From a virus (taxonomy: Duplodnaviria; Caudoviricetes), in IMG/VR virus record IMGVR_UViG_3300037458_001303, positions 1 to 64,000 of that record: a DNA stretch of 64,000 bases, one strand, 5' to 3'. How positions within the stretch are numbered: the stretch's first letter is position 1; each line of letters opens with the position of its first letter. Shown here piece by piece: positions 36,802-45,915 of this stretch. The translations under genes and the position numbers were made by a program. Under the pieces are notes generated by a model. The model saw only the letters and a list, made by a program, of their open reading frames with translations. It was not told where the DNA came from and searched no databases.

Positions 36802-37283
36802 ATCCCGTCGCGTATCTTCCTATCAACTGGGGGGCGTTAGCCAGCGCCTTTGCGCTCGACGCCGGCTTGTTGAAGCGGCTGTCTCAAGACGGTCGGTTCC
36901 TGTCTAAGCCTTTAGAGTTGTCGCTCGCGCATGCTTTCGGGCTCCGCATCAATACCAATTCGAACGGTAGCTTCGATGTCGAGTGCCCGGACTTCGGCAT
37001 GAAGTATGAGGTCCGGTTGGTGACTTTATCTGGGACCAACATAACGCCGAGCAGGATGCGCGGGGCCGGCCGATCGTTTGACTTACCCCGGTTCGTTCGA
37101 TGGGTCTCGTCGCTACATGGGTTTTACTTCATCGACTGCGTGGGCACTAGCTGGAGCTCTGGTGACACCGAACTTTTCCCGGTTTACAAAGTCTCCCGGG
37201 AGTGTGCTATGTCTTGGTTTCAAGGGCTACCAAGCCCTCATCTATCCGCCGCCAAGTTCCAACAGCTCATCTCCGCCTTATGA
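36798..37283 (+). CDS. Putative PD-(D/E)XK endonuclease-like protein
   Basis: FDVE...KYEVR and PSRMRGAGRSFD motifs; lower GC than its neighbours. Confidence 0.4.
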   Translation: MNPVAYLPINWGALASAFALDAGLLKRLSQDGRFLSKPLELSLAHAFGLRINTNSNGSFDVECPDFGMKYEVRLVTLSGTNITPSRMRGAGRSFDLPRFVRWVSSLHGFYFIDCVGTSWSSGDTELFPVYKVSRECAMSWFQGLPSPHLSAAKFQQLISAL

Positions 37284-37939
37284 AGCCAACTCTCGTGTGC
37301 ATGACTTACGCCGGCGCAGATCACCTGTGCCGAGCCCACTTTGGGAACTGGGACCAGATGGTGGACCCCGCGCGGATTGTCTTCGCTGGCGCTGACAAAC
37401 CGTTCTGGCATCCCAGTCACGCCTTCGCGATCCGCCACGGCATTGATACTTACCCGGACCGTCGGCCGGATAGCCGCGATCTGAACATGCCGCATCGGCT
37501 CACTGAAGCGATCAACTTTGCGATGTCACTGTCTGCTAGGCCGGCGCCTGTCGTGGTGGTCGAGCCCGACGTCTGGTTCTGGAAACCGCTCACGGTTCAA
37601 CCCGGAATCGAGGGGCGCATCTTCGAGGAGAACGACGGGCGGCGGTTTGTTCATTGGCCGGTTATCATCGACGCCCACTACGTCAAAACGGTAGTGCGGG
37701 TGCTGAAGCGTGCTATGCTGTATGGCATGAGCTGCAACCCCTGGGGCTCGTTCCCGGACAGGTTTCTAGCCGCCGTCTTGGATGTGGCCAACCTGCCGCT
37801 CCGGGACTACGGTCGGATCGTGTCGCACAATACTATTGACACCGAGGCCAAGATCCAGGAATGTCTCCGCGAGAAGGCCCGCGGGTGCATGGCCGTCCAC
37901 GGTATCAAGAACCAACAGGTGCTCGAAAGGTTAGCATGA
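37280..37939 (+). CDS. Glycosyltransferase-like protein
   Basis: VVVEPDVWFW (DxD-like), PDRF and a terminal VHGIK. Start refined to 37280. Confidence 0.45.
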   Translation: MKPTLVCMTYAGADHLCRAHFGNWDQMVDPARIVFAGADKPFWHPSHAFAIRHGIDTYPDRRPDSRDLNMPHRLTEAINFAMSLSARPAPVVVVEPDVWFWKPLTVQPGIEGRIFEENDGRRFVHWPVIIDAHYVKTVVRVLKRAMLYGMSCNPWGSFPDRFLAAVLDVANLPLRDYGRIVSHNTIDTEAKIQECLREKARGCMAVHGIKNQQVLERLA

Positions 37940-39132
37940 GAGGTCGAATAAACGTTGTCGTTGGGGCGGGACTTACCGGAGCTACAATCGCCCGGCGCCT
38001 CGACAGTCTTGGCGAAGAGGTAATCGTCCTGGAGGCCTCCGATCATGTGGGAGGCAAGTGCGAAGATGGGTTCGAGCAGGACGAGGTCACGGTAGCCCCG
38101 CACTATGTGCAGAAGCACGGCCCTCACATCTTCCACACTCATAAACGGGAGCTCTGGAACTTCGTCAACAGCATCACCGAGTTTGTTCCAACGACCTTTA
38201 TGAGCATGACGCGCACCGAGATTGGCTACTTGCCGATCCCGGTGAATCTGTTCACCGTCTCACTGGTGCGGCAATTCATCCATGGGGAGTTTGTTCCGCT
38301 GCTGATTCCGGGCCCCGGGAATGACGACGTGGAGCGCATCTTGAAGTCGACCCGTGCCCAGCAGGAGCCCGCCGGGTCGTTCGCGCGGGTCTGCCGGGAG
38401 CGAGTCGGGGACGATATCTACGATTTTGCTTTCAAGCATTACACTGAAGCGTGGTGGGGTCAGCCGTGCCAGGAGATACCCGGGGCGATCGCGGAGCGTA
38501 TTCCGGTGCGGAGGAACTTCGATGTCCGCTACCACGATAGCCGAGACATCTATGTCGGGGTGCCATCAGGCGGTTTCTCTGCGATGATCCGAAAGATGTT
38601 ACAGGGTATCCCAGTTCATTTCGACTATCCGGCAACCCTCGGACTGGTGTTGTCGGACTTCCCGGGAGCCCGGATCTTCTGCACTGCCGACGCCTCCGTG
38701 TTCCTGGATGGGGTTGGCAGCCTGCCTTATCGTGGGTTCTATCCAGTTCACCACCGGCTCGTGCTTCAGAATCCTGGGTTCCAGCAAATCCTCGATAGCC
38801 GGCCCAGTAAAGGCGAGGCCGGGTCGCGATTCTACTGTTCCCAGAATCTTTTCTCGACTGACTTAAACCAGACGGCCATACGAGGACCGCGGATCGTATC
38901 GAAGATGATCCCCTATCCCGACGTTCTAACTGGGGAGAACCAATACGCTGCCTACCCTGTGCCGCACACGTGCAAGGAGCTCGCCGATCTTTTTGAGCTT
39001 CGAAAACGCGACCTTGCTCGCAAAGACGTCTTTTTCGCAGGACGGCTCGGGAGCTATAAATACCTTGACATGGACGACGCGATCCAGGAAGGTCTCGACA
39101 TTGTAGAGACAGCCTTAACACCCTTGCCATGA
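37936..39132 (+). CDS. glf: UDP-galactopyranose mutase
   Basis: Rossmann motif VVGAGLTGATIA, GGKC.D, KHGPHIFHT and the C-terminal GRLGSYKYLDMDDAI. Confidence 0.9.
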   Translation: MRGRINVVVGAGLTGATIARRLDSLGEEVIVLEASDHVGGKCEDGFEQDEVTVAPHYVQKHGPHIFHTHKRELWNFVNSITEFVPTTFMSMTRTEIGYLPIPVNLFTVSLVRQFIHGEFVPLLIPGPGNDDVERILKSTRAQQEPAGSFARVCRERVGDDIYDFAFKHYTEAWWGQPCQEIPGAIAERIPVRRNFDVRYHDSRDIYVGVPSGGFSAMIRKMLQGIPVHFDYPATLGLVLSDFPGARIFCTADASVFLDGVGSLPYRGFYPVHHRLVLQNPGFQQILDSRPSKGEAGSRFYCSQNLFSTDLNQTAIRGPRIVSKMIPYPDVLTGENQYAAYPVPHTCKELADLFELRKRDLARKDVFFAGRLGSYKYLDMDDAIQEGLDIVETALTPLP

Positions 39133-39848
39133 GACTCGCCTTCAGTTGTGACGTAAGCTATCGGTATTGGCCGAAGTTCATCAATTCTGTCCAGCAGTGT
39201 GTCAACGTCCCGCGGACGCATATCGCTCTGGGGCCCGGGTGGCCGCCGGGTATGCCCAGCACATCCTACATGCCCGTGGTTCCGAAGCTCAACGGCCGTC
39301 CCATTGTCCAGCACGGCTCGTTCCTGCCGTTCCTGCCGACGGTCCCCGACGACGAGGTGCTGCTGTTCGTCGATGTCGACGCAGTCTTTCAGCGTCCTTT
39401 CGAGCCGCGTGAGTATCGGCTACTCGACAGCCTGAAGGAGGACGAATGGCTGGTCGGAATGAACCGCATGGACCCGGAATACTGGCGTGACGAGGCGCCT
39501 AGGCTTTGCCCGACGCATCGATACGGCACGGAGTATAAGGGCGAATTCGATGGAGTTCCCGTGTTCAACACGGGCTTCATGGCGATGCGCCGATCGACTT
39601 ACAAGCGAGTTTATGACGAGTTCATGATCCTCCACCGTCGTCACCACCACTGGTTTCAGCACCACGCTGCGACCCAGCTGTTCATTTGCGCGGCAGCGTA
39701 TTCCCTGGGACTGACGCGCGTTCGACCCAGCCTTGGCCTGACTTCTCACGGCCATTGCGGGATCCACCCCGGGGTAAGTATCCTCGATAACCGGGCTTAC
39801 GAGCAAGGGATCCTCCTTTGCTACGCCCACATGCTCTGCGGACTATGA
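39129..39848 (+). CDS. Glycosyltransferase-like protein (GT8-like)
   Basis: LLFVDVDAVFQR (DxD) and VFNTGFMAM; directly coupled to glf. Confidence 0.6.
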   Translation: MRLAFSCDVSYRYWPKFINSVQQCVNVPRTHIALGPGWPPGMPSTSYMPVVPKLNGRPIVQHGSFLPFLPTVPDDEVLLFVDVDAVFQRPFEPREYRLLDSLKEDEWLVGMNRMDPEYWRDEAPRLCPTHRYGTEYKGEFDGVPVFNTGFMAMRRSTYKRVYDEFMILHRRHHHWFQHHAATQLFICAAAYSLGLTRVRPSLGLTSHGHCGIHPGVSILDNRAYEQGILLCYAHMLCGL

Positions 39849-40059
39849 CAACAAACAACCATTGCTCTGAACATCCTGGCTACACCGGCCAGGAGACCCC
39901 AATTTCCAACTGCAGCCGGTGCTGGACGATCCGGAAGCGCGTGGTAGGGTGCATCCGTGCGGACATCGAATTGGACGCGTTTCTCGCGTCCCAGGGCCTC
40001 GCACGGACCTACAACACGGTCGTATCGGTTCCCTGGGGCGGCCGCAAACACGTGATGTA

Positions 40060-41472
40060 ATGCCGACGTTCGACCCAACCGGGCTCCGGGACTATCAAAT
40101 CCCGCATGCCATAGCGCTGGCTCAGGCGATCAACAAGCCCGGGTTTCCCTGCGCGTGGGATACCTCCGACACGGGCACGGGGAAGACGTATGCGGCCTGC
40201 GGGCTGGTGCGTCATTTCAACGTGCCGGCGACGGTGGTGTGCCCCAAGGCACTGATGCCCGGGTGGCAACGCGTCGCCAAGCAGATGGGGCTGCGTGACG
40301 GGCTGCTGCGGACGATCAACTACGAGATGGTCCGGACTGGACGCGCCGTCGAATTTGGGGAGTGGGCCACGCTGCCGCGGGGGACGACTCGGATGCGCTA
40401 CTTCAAGTGGCGAAAGGAAACCGGGATCCTGCTATTCGACGAGGCCCAGCGGTGCCGTGGACACGACACGCTCAACCACCAGATCATGGTTGGGGCTAAG
40501 CTGTCGGGAGTCCCCGTCATCGGACTTTCGGCCACGCCGGCGGAGTCGCCGATGGACATGCGGGCCCTGGGATACCTCAGCGGATGGTTTGATTACTACC
40601 ACTTCTACAACTGGGTCCAGAACCATAACTGCGTTAAGCCCTTTGGGGCGCACAAGTGGATGTTCGTTGACCGCACCGGACGCACGACTACCCAGGTCAT
40701 GGACGGGCTGCGGGAGAAACTCCTGGAACGCGGCAGTCGCATTTCCATTGCCGATCTTGGCGACGCGTTCCCTAAGAACACCATCGATTGTCAGTTATAT
40801 CGCATCTCCGAGGCCGGCAAGATTAACCGTCTCTACGACCGGGTAGCTAAAGAGATCGACTTGCTCGAACGCCGCAAGGCTAACGACCGGGACCCAGAGC
40901 ATGGGCTGACGAAGACCCTACGGGAGCGCCAGGAGATCGAACTACTCAAGGTCGGGCTATTAGAAGAGCTGACACGTGACGAGATCCTGCAGGGCCGGAG
41001 CGTGGTCATCTTCTGCAACTTTTTGTTGACGATACAGGCGCTCGCCTCGATATTTCATTCACTAGACCCTGCGATTATTACTGGAGCCGATGGATGGACT
41101 TACGAAATCAAACGACGCCATGAGACTACAGATCAAGCCAACCAAAGGTTCCAACGCAACGAAACTTTCCTGGCTATTGCTCAATCCGACGTCGGAGGGG
41201 TGGGCCTTGGTTTCCACGATCTTTGCGGTCGCCCGCGGACGTCACTGGTCAATCCGCACTGGTCGGCGATGGTCTTCGCTCAGAACCTCGGACGGATCCA
41301 CCGCGATGGTGCTCTATCTCCCGCACTTCAGAAGTTCCCGCTCATTGAAGGGACGATCGAGGAGCGCGTTTACGAAGCCCTAGTTCAAAAGCGAGGCAAC
41401 TTACAAAAGCTCTTGACAGACGCCGATCTTCAGCCATACTGCGGCCTCACACCAAAACTTGTTCACGTATGA
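40060..41472 (+). CDS. Superfamily 2 helicase
   Basis: DTGTGKT, LFDEAQ, SATP and QNLGRIHR motifs. Confidence 0.9.
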   Translation: MPTFDPTGLRDYQIPHAIALAQAINKPGFPCAWDTSDTGTGKTYAACGLVRHFNVPATVVCPKALMPGWQRVAKQMGLRDGLLRTINYEMVRTGRAVEFGEWATLPRGTTRMRYFKWRKETGILLFDEAQRCRGHDTLNHQIMVGAKLSGVPVIGLSATPAESPMDMRALGYLSGWFDYYHFYNWVQNHNCVKPFGAHKWMFVDRTGRTTTQVMDGLREKLLERGSRISIADLGDAFPKNTIDCQLYRISEAGKINRLYDRVAKEIDLLERRKANDRDPEHGLTKTLRERQEIELLKVGLLEELTRDEILQGRSVVIFCNFLLTIQALASIFHSLDPAIITGADGWTYEIKRRHETTDQANQRFQRNETFLAIAQSDVGGVGLGFHDLCGRPRTSLVNPHWSAMVFAQNLGRIHRDGALSPALQKFPLIEGTIEERVYEALVQKRGNLQKLLTDADLQPYCGLTPKLVHV

Positions 41473-42806
41473 AAGCCTCCAAAGACGATATTGCCCTGTT
41501 GATGAAAGAGACTAGCCTCGGACCGTCACCGGTTACGCTGGCTATCGAAGAGAGCGAGAACCTCGACGACGCGCGCGACTTGCTGAAGTCTTTTGGCGCA
41601 CGGCTGACCCAGATGATCGTTGTTCGCCGGCGGGCTCAAGTCGAGGCCGAGCGGGCTCGGCGGGACTCGGTTTCGTCGGAGGAGCGGCCGCACCACAAGG
41701 AAAGCGCGTCAAGTCTGCAGCCGAAAGAGTGGTGCCCTCGATACAAGTCGGAATCATCGAGCAACGAGGCCGCCGAGATCGGAACGCTGCAGCATTACGC
41801 TGCGGAGACCGGGGATCTGTCTGGCCTGGATGACACGCAGGCGGAAAAAGTCACCGTTTGCCTCGACTTCATCGCCAATCGCGTCAAGGAGCTCAGGGCC
41901 CAGTATCCGGATCTGGTTGACATCAAGGAGGTCTACGGGGAGATCGACGAAGTTGAGTGGCCAACGATGAACGAACGATCGACCTCCGGCGGGTTTGTCG
42001 ACCGGGTGCTACTATTCGATGACGGCCGGCAAGCCGAGATCTGGGACTATAAGTTTGGAAAGTGGCCGGTCGAGCCAGCCGAGAACAACCTTCAAGGCAT
42101 CGTATACTTGCTGAACCTTCGTAAGCAATACCCCACGCTGGAGCGTGCTCGGGTTGGGTTCCTGATGCCTTACCTCGACATAATCGACTTCCACGACTTT
42201 ACTCAGGCCGACTTCCCCGAGCTCTACGTGCGGGTGAAACGTCTAGTGGCCAAACGGCAGGACCCCAATCTGGCCGAAGAGAACCCGTCTTTCACCACGT
42301 GCATGTGGTGCGCGAATATCGCGAAGTGCAAGGCGGTCACTAACGCGGTGGTGAAAGCGGCCAAGAAGTTCAGCCCGCTGAAGGTCCCGAAGAATCTGGA
42401 CCCGAACAGCATCTCGGCCTCCGACGACATCTCGGCGTGGATCCAATTTGGTGACGTATGTTCAGCCTACGGGTCGGCCGTCCGGGAGCTCTGCACGCAG
42501 CTGGTCGTCGAGGATCCTGCCCTGGTTCCCGAGAGCCACGACCTCATCGACCAGACTCTCCGCGAAGTGAGCGATCAAAGTAAGTGGAAAGCGTTCCTGG
42601 CTGACAAGGGCGTGCCGTCCTCTGTGCTTGAGAGAATCTCGAAGATCTCGCTGACCTCTGCCACTAAGGCGCTCCGGGATCTCGCGCCGCGTGGCGAGAA
42701 AGAACTATTTTCCAAGGCTGCGGAAGCTGAAGCTGCCGAGGCCGGGCTCCTGGTTCCAGGAACCACCAAGATCTTCCTTCGGGCGAAGCGCCCGCAGGTG
42801 GAATAA
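41469..42806 (+). CDS. Phage PD-(D/E)XK Cas4-like exonuclease
   Basis: WCP...GTLQH, GGFVDR, WDYKFG, NLQ..Y and CMWC...C; lies between helicase and SSB-like gene. Confidence 0.8.
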   Translation: MKASKDDIALLMKETSLGPSPVTLAIEESENLDDARDLLKSFGARLTQMIVVRRRAQVEAERARRDSVSSEERPHHKESASSLQPKEWCPRYKSESSSNEAAEIGTLQHYAAETGDLSGLDDTQAEKVTVCLDFIANRVKELRAQYPDLVDIKEVYGEIDEVEWPTMNERSTSGGFVDRVLLFDDGRQAEIWDYKFGKWPVEPAENNLQGIVYLLNLRKQYPTLERARVGFLMPYLDIIDFHDFTQADFPELYVRVKRLVAKRQDPNLAEENPSFTTCMWCANIAKCKAVTNAVVKAAKKFSPLKVPKNLDPNSISASDDISAWIQFGDVCSAYGSAVRELCTQLVVEDPALVPESHDLIDQTLREVSDQSKWKAFLADKGVPSSVLERISKISLTSATKALRDLAPRGEKELFSKAAEAEAAEAGLLVPGTTKIFLRAKRPQVE

Positions 42807-42836
42807 ACCAAAAACAACAAGCAGAAAGTAAAACAA

Positions 42837-43964
42837 ATGGCTAGCATGTCATTCTCCAAAATCCAACCGTTCGCCCCGGCCGCCGCACCGGCCGCCGCAC
42901 CGGCTGCTCCCGCAACTTATCCGGGTCAGATCGCTGACGACCTCCGTGCCCGGGAAGCGGTCCCTGCCGCGCCGCAGGCCGTTCCAGCAGCGCCGCCGGC
43001 CGTCGCCGCGCCGAAGAAGGCCCGAAAGGTGAAGGTGCCTGAGGCCCCGGTCGAGATGCCCGTCACGCAGGTTCAGAACGAGGCCGAACCGCCTATGGAC
43101 CCACAGATGGCGGAGTTCCTGGCCTGGAAGCGGGCTCAGGCAGCCACCGCCCCGGCCCCGGCCCCGGCTCCGGTTCCGGACCCGGCTCCCGTTCTTGCTC
43201 CGCCGGCGCCTACCAAGGCCCTGGCGACTTACCAAGCCCCGGGTGTCCCGGCCAAGTTCGACACGCCATTCGTTGGCGGCGACCGCCAAATCGATACCAA
43301 CGACCTCTCGGTGCAAAAGCTGCACATCGTGCAACAGATCGGCGAGCTGTCCCGGTCGTTCCGGCCCGGTGAAGTAGTCCTTGACCGTCGCGTCTCGCTC
43401 TACCGTCCTCTCGCGCAGGGGGAACCGGCGCAGACGTGCAATAGCCCCGTTCAGTTCTACGTCCTGGGCTTTCAGGACAAGCTGTGGGTCGAACGAACGC
43501 AAGGCGGTGGCGGGCGGGTTGCTCGCAGCCAGGACGAAGTCATCAAGCTGGGCGGTGCGCTCACGTTTGCTGACGCGCAAACCAACAACAAGCCCTGGTT
43601 CCAGACCATGTCCAGGGCTATCGTGCTCGTCCGGAAACCGGACCACCTGGATGTCGACGATTTCTGCTTCGAGGACCCCGAAGGCGCCTATTGGGCCCTG
43701 GCCCAATGGGGGATGAAGGGCGGAGCTTACACCCACGGAGCTCGGCCGATCTATACGGCCCGGCGCATGGGCGTCCTGCGGCAGTCCTGGGTGGCCCGGA
43801 GCTGGCTCCTGACGACCAAGTTCGCGAGCTACCCGAACGGGCATAGCTCGTTCATTCCGTCCCTGGCTGTAGGGTCGGCCCCCTCCGCCGAGTGGGTCCA
43901 TTGGTTGTCGGACGTTCTGTCTGGCCGCGACCTCGACGCCGAGGCGGCCCTGGGCGACGAATGA
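42837..43964 (+). CDS. Putative ssDNA-binding or recombination protein with a Pro/Ala-rich N-terminus
   Basis: Located in the replication module; beta-rich C-terminal domain with an acidic tail. Confidence 0.55.
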   Translation: MASMSFSKIQPFAPAAAPAAAPAAPATYPGQIADDLRAREAVPAAPQAVPAAPPAVAAPKKARKVKVPEAPVEMPVTQVQNEAEPPMDPQMAEFLAWKRAQAATAPAPAPAPVPDPAPVLAPPAPTKALATYQAPGVPAKFDTPFVGGDRQIDTNDLSVQKLHIVQQIGELSRSFRPGEVVLDRRVSLYRPLAQGEPAQTCNSPVQFYVLGFQDKLWVERTQGGGGRVARSQDEVIKLGGALTFADAQTNNKPWFQTMSRAIVLVRKPDHLDVDDFCFEDPEGAYWALAQWGMKGGAYTHGARPIYTARRMGVLRQSWVARSWLLTTKFASYPNGHSSFIPSLAVGSAPSAEWVHWLSDVLSGRDLDAEAALGDE

Positions 43965-43990
43965 CATAGTCGTATCGCGGGCCCGGGGGC

Positions 43991-44019
43991 TTGACAACCC
44001 CCGGGCCTTCTGTCATTTT
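43991..44019 (+). promoter_or_regulatory. Promoter for the DNA polymerase gene (probably leaderless), overlapping a GC hairpin
   Basis: TTGACA-N17-CATTTT, then 6 nt to the ATG at 44026. TTGACA sits in the loop of GCCCGGGGG/CCCCCGGGC. Confidence 0.55.
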
Positions 44020-44025
44020 TGCGCC

Positions 44026-45912
44026 ATGCGAACCATCGCCATCGACTGGGAGACCTACTACGACAAGGAGTGTAGCGTAAAAACCCTGGGGAACTGGGCT
44101 TACACGCACCATCCCGATTTCGAGGCTTACATGGTTTCCGTCTACGACGGCAACGAAGCATGGGCCGGACACCCGAAAGATCTGAACTGGGATGCCGTAT
44201 CCGGAGCGCGGTTGCTTTCCCACAATGCCGGGTTCGACATCGCAGTTTACATGGCTGAAGCGGAACGGGGCCGCGTCCCCTGGATCGATGTGCCTTCCTG
44301 GCATTGCACAGCTAACCTGACGGCTGCCATTTGCGGTCAGCGCAGTTTGAAAAAGGCCAGTGAGTGCTTGCTGAAGGACCGCCTTGCAACCCTTATCGGA
44401 ACTGACGAGGTAAGCAAAGAGATGCGCGGGACGGCCGAAGGGATCCGTTACGAGGAGTTCATAAAGAACCCCGCTCAGTGGGAGGCGATGTGTGATTACG
44501 CGAAGCACGACGCGATTTTGTGCTGGCACATCTGGGACCTTTACTCCAGCCAGCTCCTTCCTTTGGAGCACAGGATGTCTGACGAGACCGTCCGTCTGGC
44601 GATCGAGGGCGTCAAGGTCGACTGGGCCCTTGTTGATACCTATGAGACCTGGATTTACAACGACCTTACGGAGGTTCGCGCCCATTTGCCTTGGGTTCTG
44701 GACGGCAAGCCCGAGACCAGCCCCCTGGCAATCAAAGACCATTGCGCTCGCAACGGCATCCCTGTGCCTCCCATAAAAGACGAGGACGAGGAAGGTTACG
44801 AAAAGTGGGTCGCGACTTACCGAGACGAATATCCCTGGGTTGCCAAGATCTCCGAGTATCGTAAGCTCGCTAAGATGGCCGCGTTCCTCCAGCGGTTGAA
44901 AGCTCGCCGGCGGACTGACGATTGCATCGACGCGCAACTGCTCTATTTCGGTGCCCATACTGGACGCTGGGCCGGCGCGCTAGGCGAGAAAGGATCCAGC
45001 GGAATCAACCTGCAGAACCTTCGGAAAGAACCGCTTCAAACGGCTTCTGGGCCCGTGCATCAACGACACGTTTTCATCCCGAAGAACGCCAAGTTCATCA
45101 TCGCGGATTACGCCCAGATCGAGGCCCGCATCGTGAACTGGCTCGCCGGCAACTACGAGTTGCTCGCTTTGATCCGCGGCGGGATGAACATCTACGAGGC
45201 TCACGCCCGCATGACGATGGGCTGGACCGGCGGCAAGTTAAAGGAGGAAGACCCGAAGACCTATGCTCTAGCCAAGGCGCGTGTGCTGATGCTCGGATAT
45301 GGAGCCGGTTGGGAGAAGTTCCGGGACACCGCTTTCAAGTTGATGGGCTTGAAGCTGACCGACGAGGACTGCGTGACGGTCGTCGAAGAGTTTCGGCGCA
45401 CCAATCCTATGATCGTGGCTCTATGGCGCAATCTAGGGGACGCTCTGCTCGAAGCTGCGAGAGAGGACCAGGGTAAGAACATCTTCCACCTGCCTCTCCG
45501 GTCCGGGCGTGATCTTGTCTATACGAACGTTCACGCTTGCCAAACACCCAAGAAGGTTACGGAATGGGCCAGAGACAGGGACGGAAAGCCCACCCATAAG
45601 ACCTCCAAGTCTGTGATAGGATGGAAAATCACAGCAGATTCTGGGGGGCGAAAAGTTGATCTCTACGGAGGGAAACTCGTCGAGAATCTCGTCCAGGCTA
45701 CGGCCCGCGATGTTTTCGCCGAGGGCATTGCCCGGTTGTTGGACCGCGGTTGGCACGTGCCGCTGCACATCCATGACGAAGTCGTGGTTGACGTTCCCGC
45801 CTCGGTTACGGTAGAAGAAGTGGTCCGTGAGCTTGAGACCATTCCGAACTGGGCCAAAGAATGCCCAATCGGAGTCGAAGCGCACGAGGCTGACCATTAT
45901 TGCAAGGAATGA
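44026..45912 (+). CDS. polA: Family A DNA polymerase with 3'-5' exonuclease
   Basis: Exonuclease motifs DWETY, HNAGFD and YAKHD; polymerase motifs ADYAQIEAR, KARVLMLGY and HIHDEVV. Confidence 0.92.
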   Translation: MRTIAIDWETYYDKECSVKTLGNWAYTHHPDFEAYMVSVYDGNEAWAGHPKDLNWDAVSGARLLSHNAGFDIAVYMAEAERGRVPWIDVPSWHCTANLTAAICGQRSLKKASECLLKDRLATLIGTDEVSKEMRGTAEGIRYEEFIKNPAQWEAMCDYAKHDAILCWHIWDLYSSQLLPLEHRMSDETVRLAIEGVKVDWALVDTYETWIYNDLTEVRAHLPWVLDGKPETSPLAIKDHCARNGIPVPPIKDEDEEGYEKWVATYRDEYPWVAKISEYRKLAKMAAFLQRLKARRRTDDCIDAQLLYFGAHTGRWAGALGEKGSSGINLQNLRKEPLQTASGPVHQRHVFIPKNAKFIIADYAQIEARIVNWLAGNYELLALIRGGMNIYEAHARMTMGWTGGKLKEEDPKTYALAKARVLMLGYGAGWEKFRDTAFKLMGLKLTDEDCVTVVEEFRRTNPMIVALWRNLGDALLEAAREDQGKNIFHLPLRSGRDLVYTNVHACQTPKKVTEWARDRDGKPTHKTSKSVIGWKITADSGGRKVDLYGGKLVENLVQATARDVFAEGIARLLDRGWHVPLHIHDEVVVDVPASVTVEEVVRELETIPNWAKECPIGVEAHEADHYCKE

Positions 45913-45915
45913 TTT

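Noticed and set aside
41469-42806. Cas4-like nuclease as an adaptation module for the array
   Set aside because: It lies 10 kb away inside the helicase-SSB-polymerase module, where such exonucleases are standard phage recombination proteins; no cas1 or cas2 is present.
43140-43200. GCCCCG tandem repeats, and the 18-bp duplication at ~27311-27346
   Set aside because: They simply encode Pro/Ala linkers (APAPAP; KPAPVV x2).
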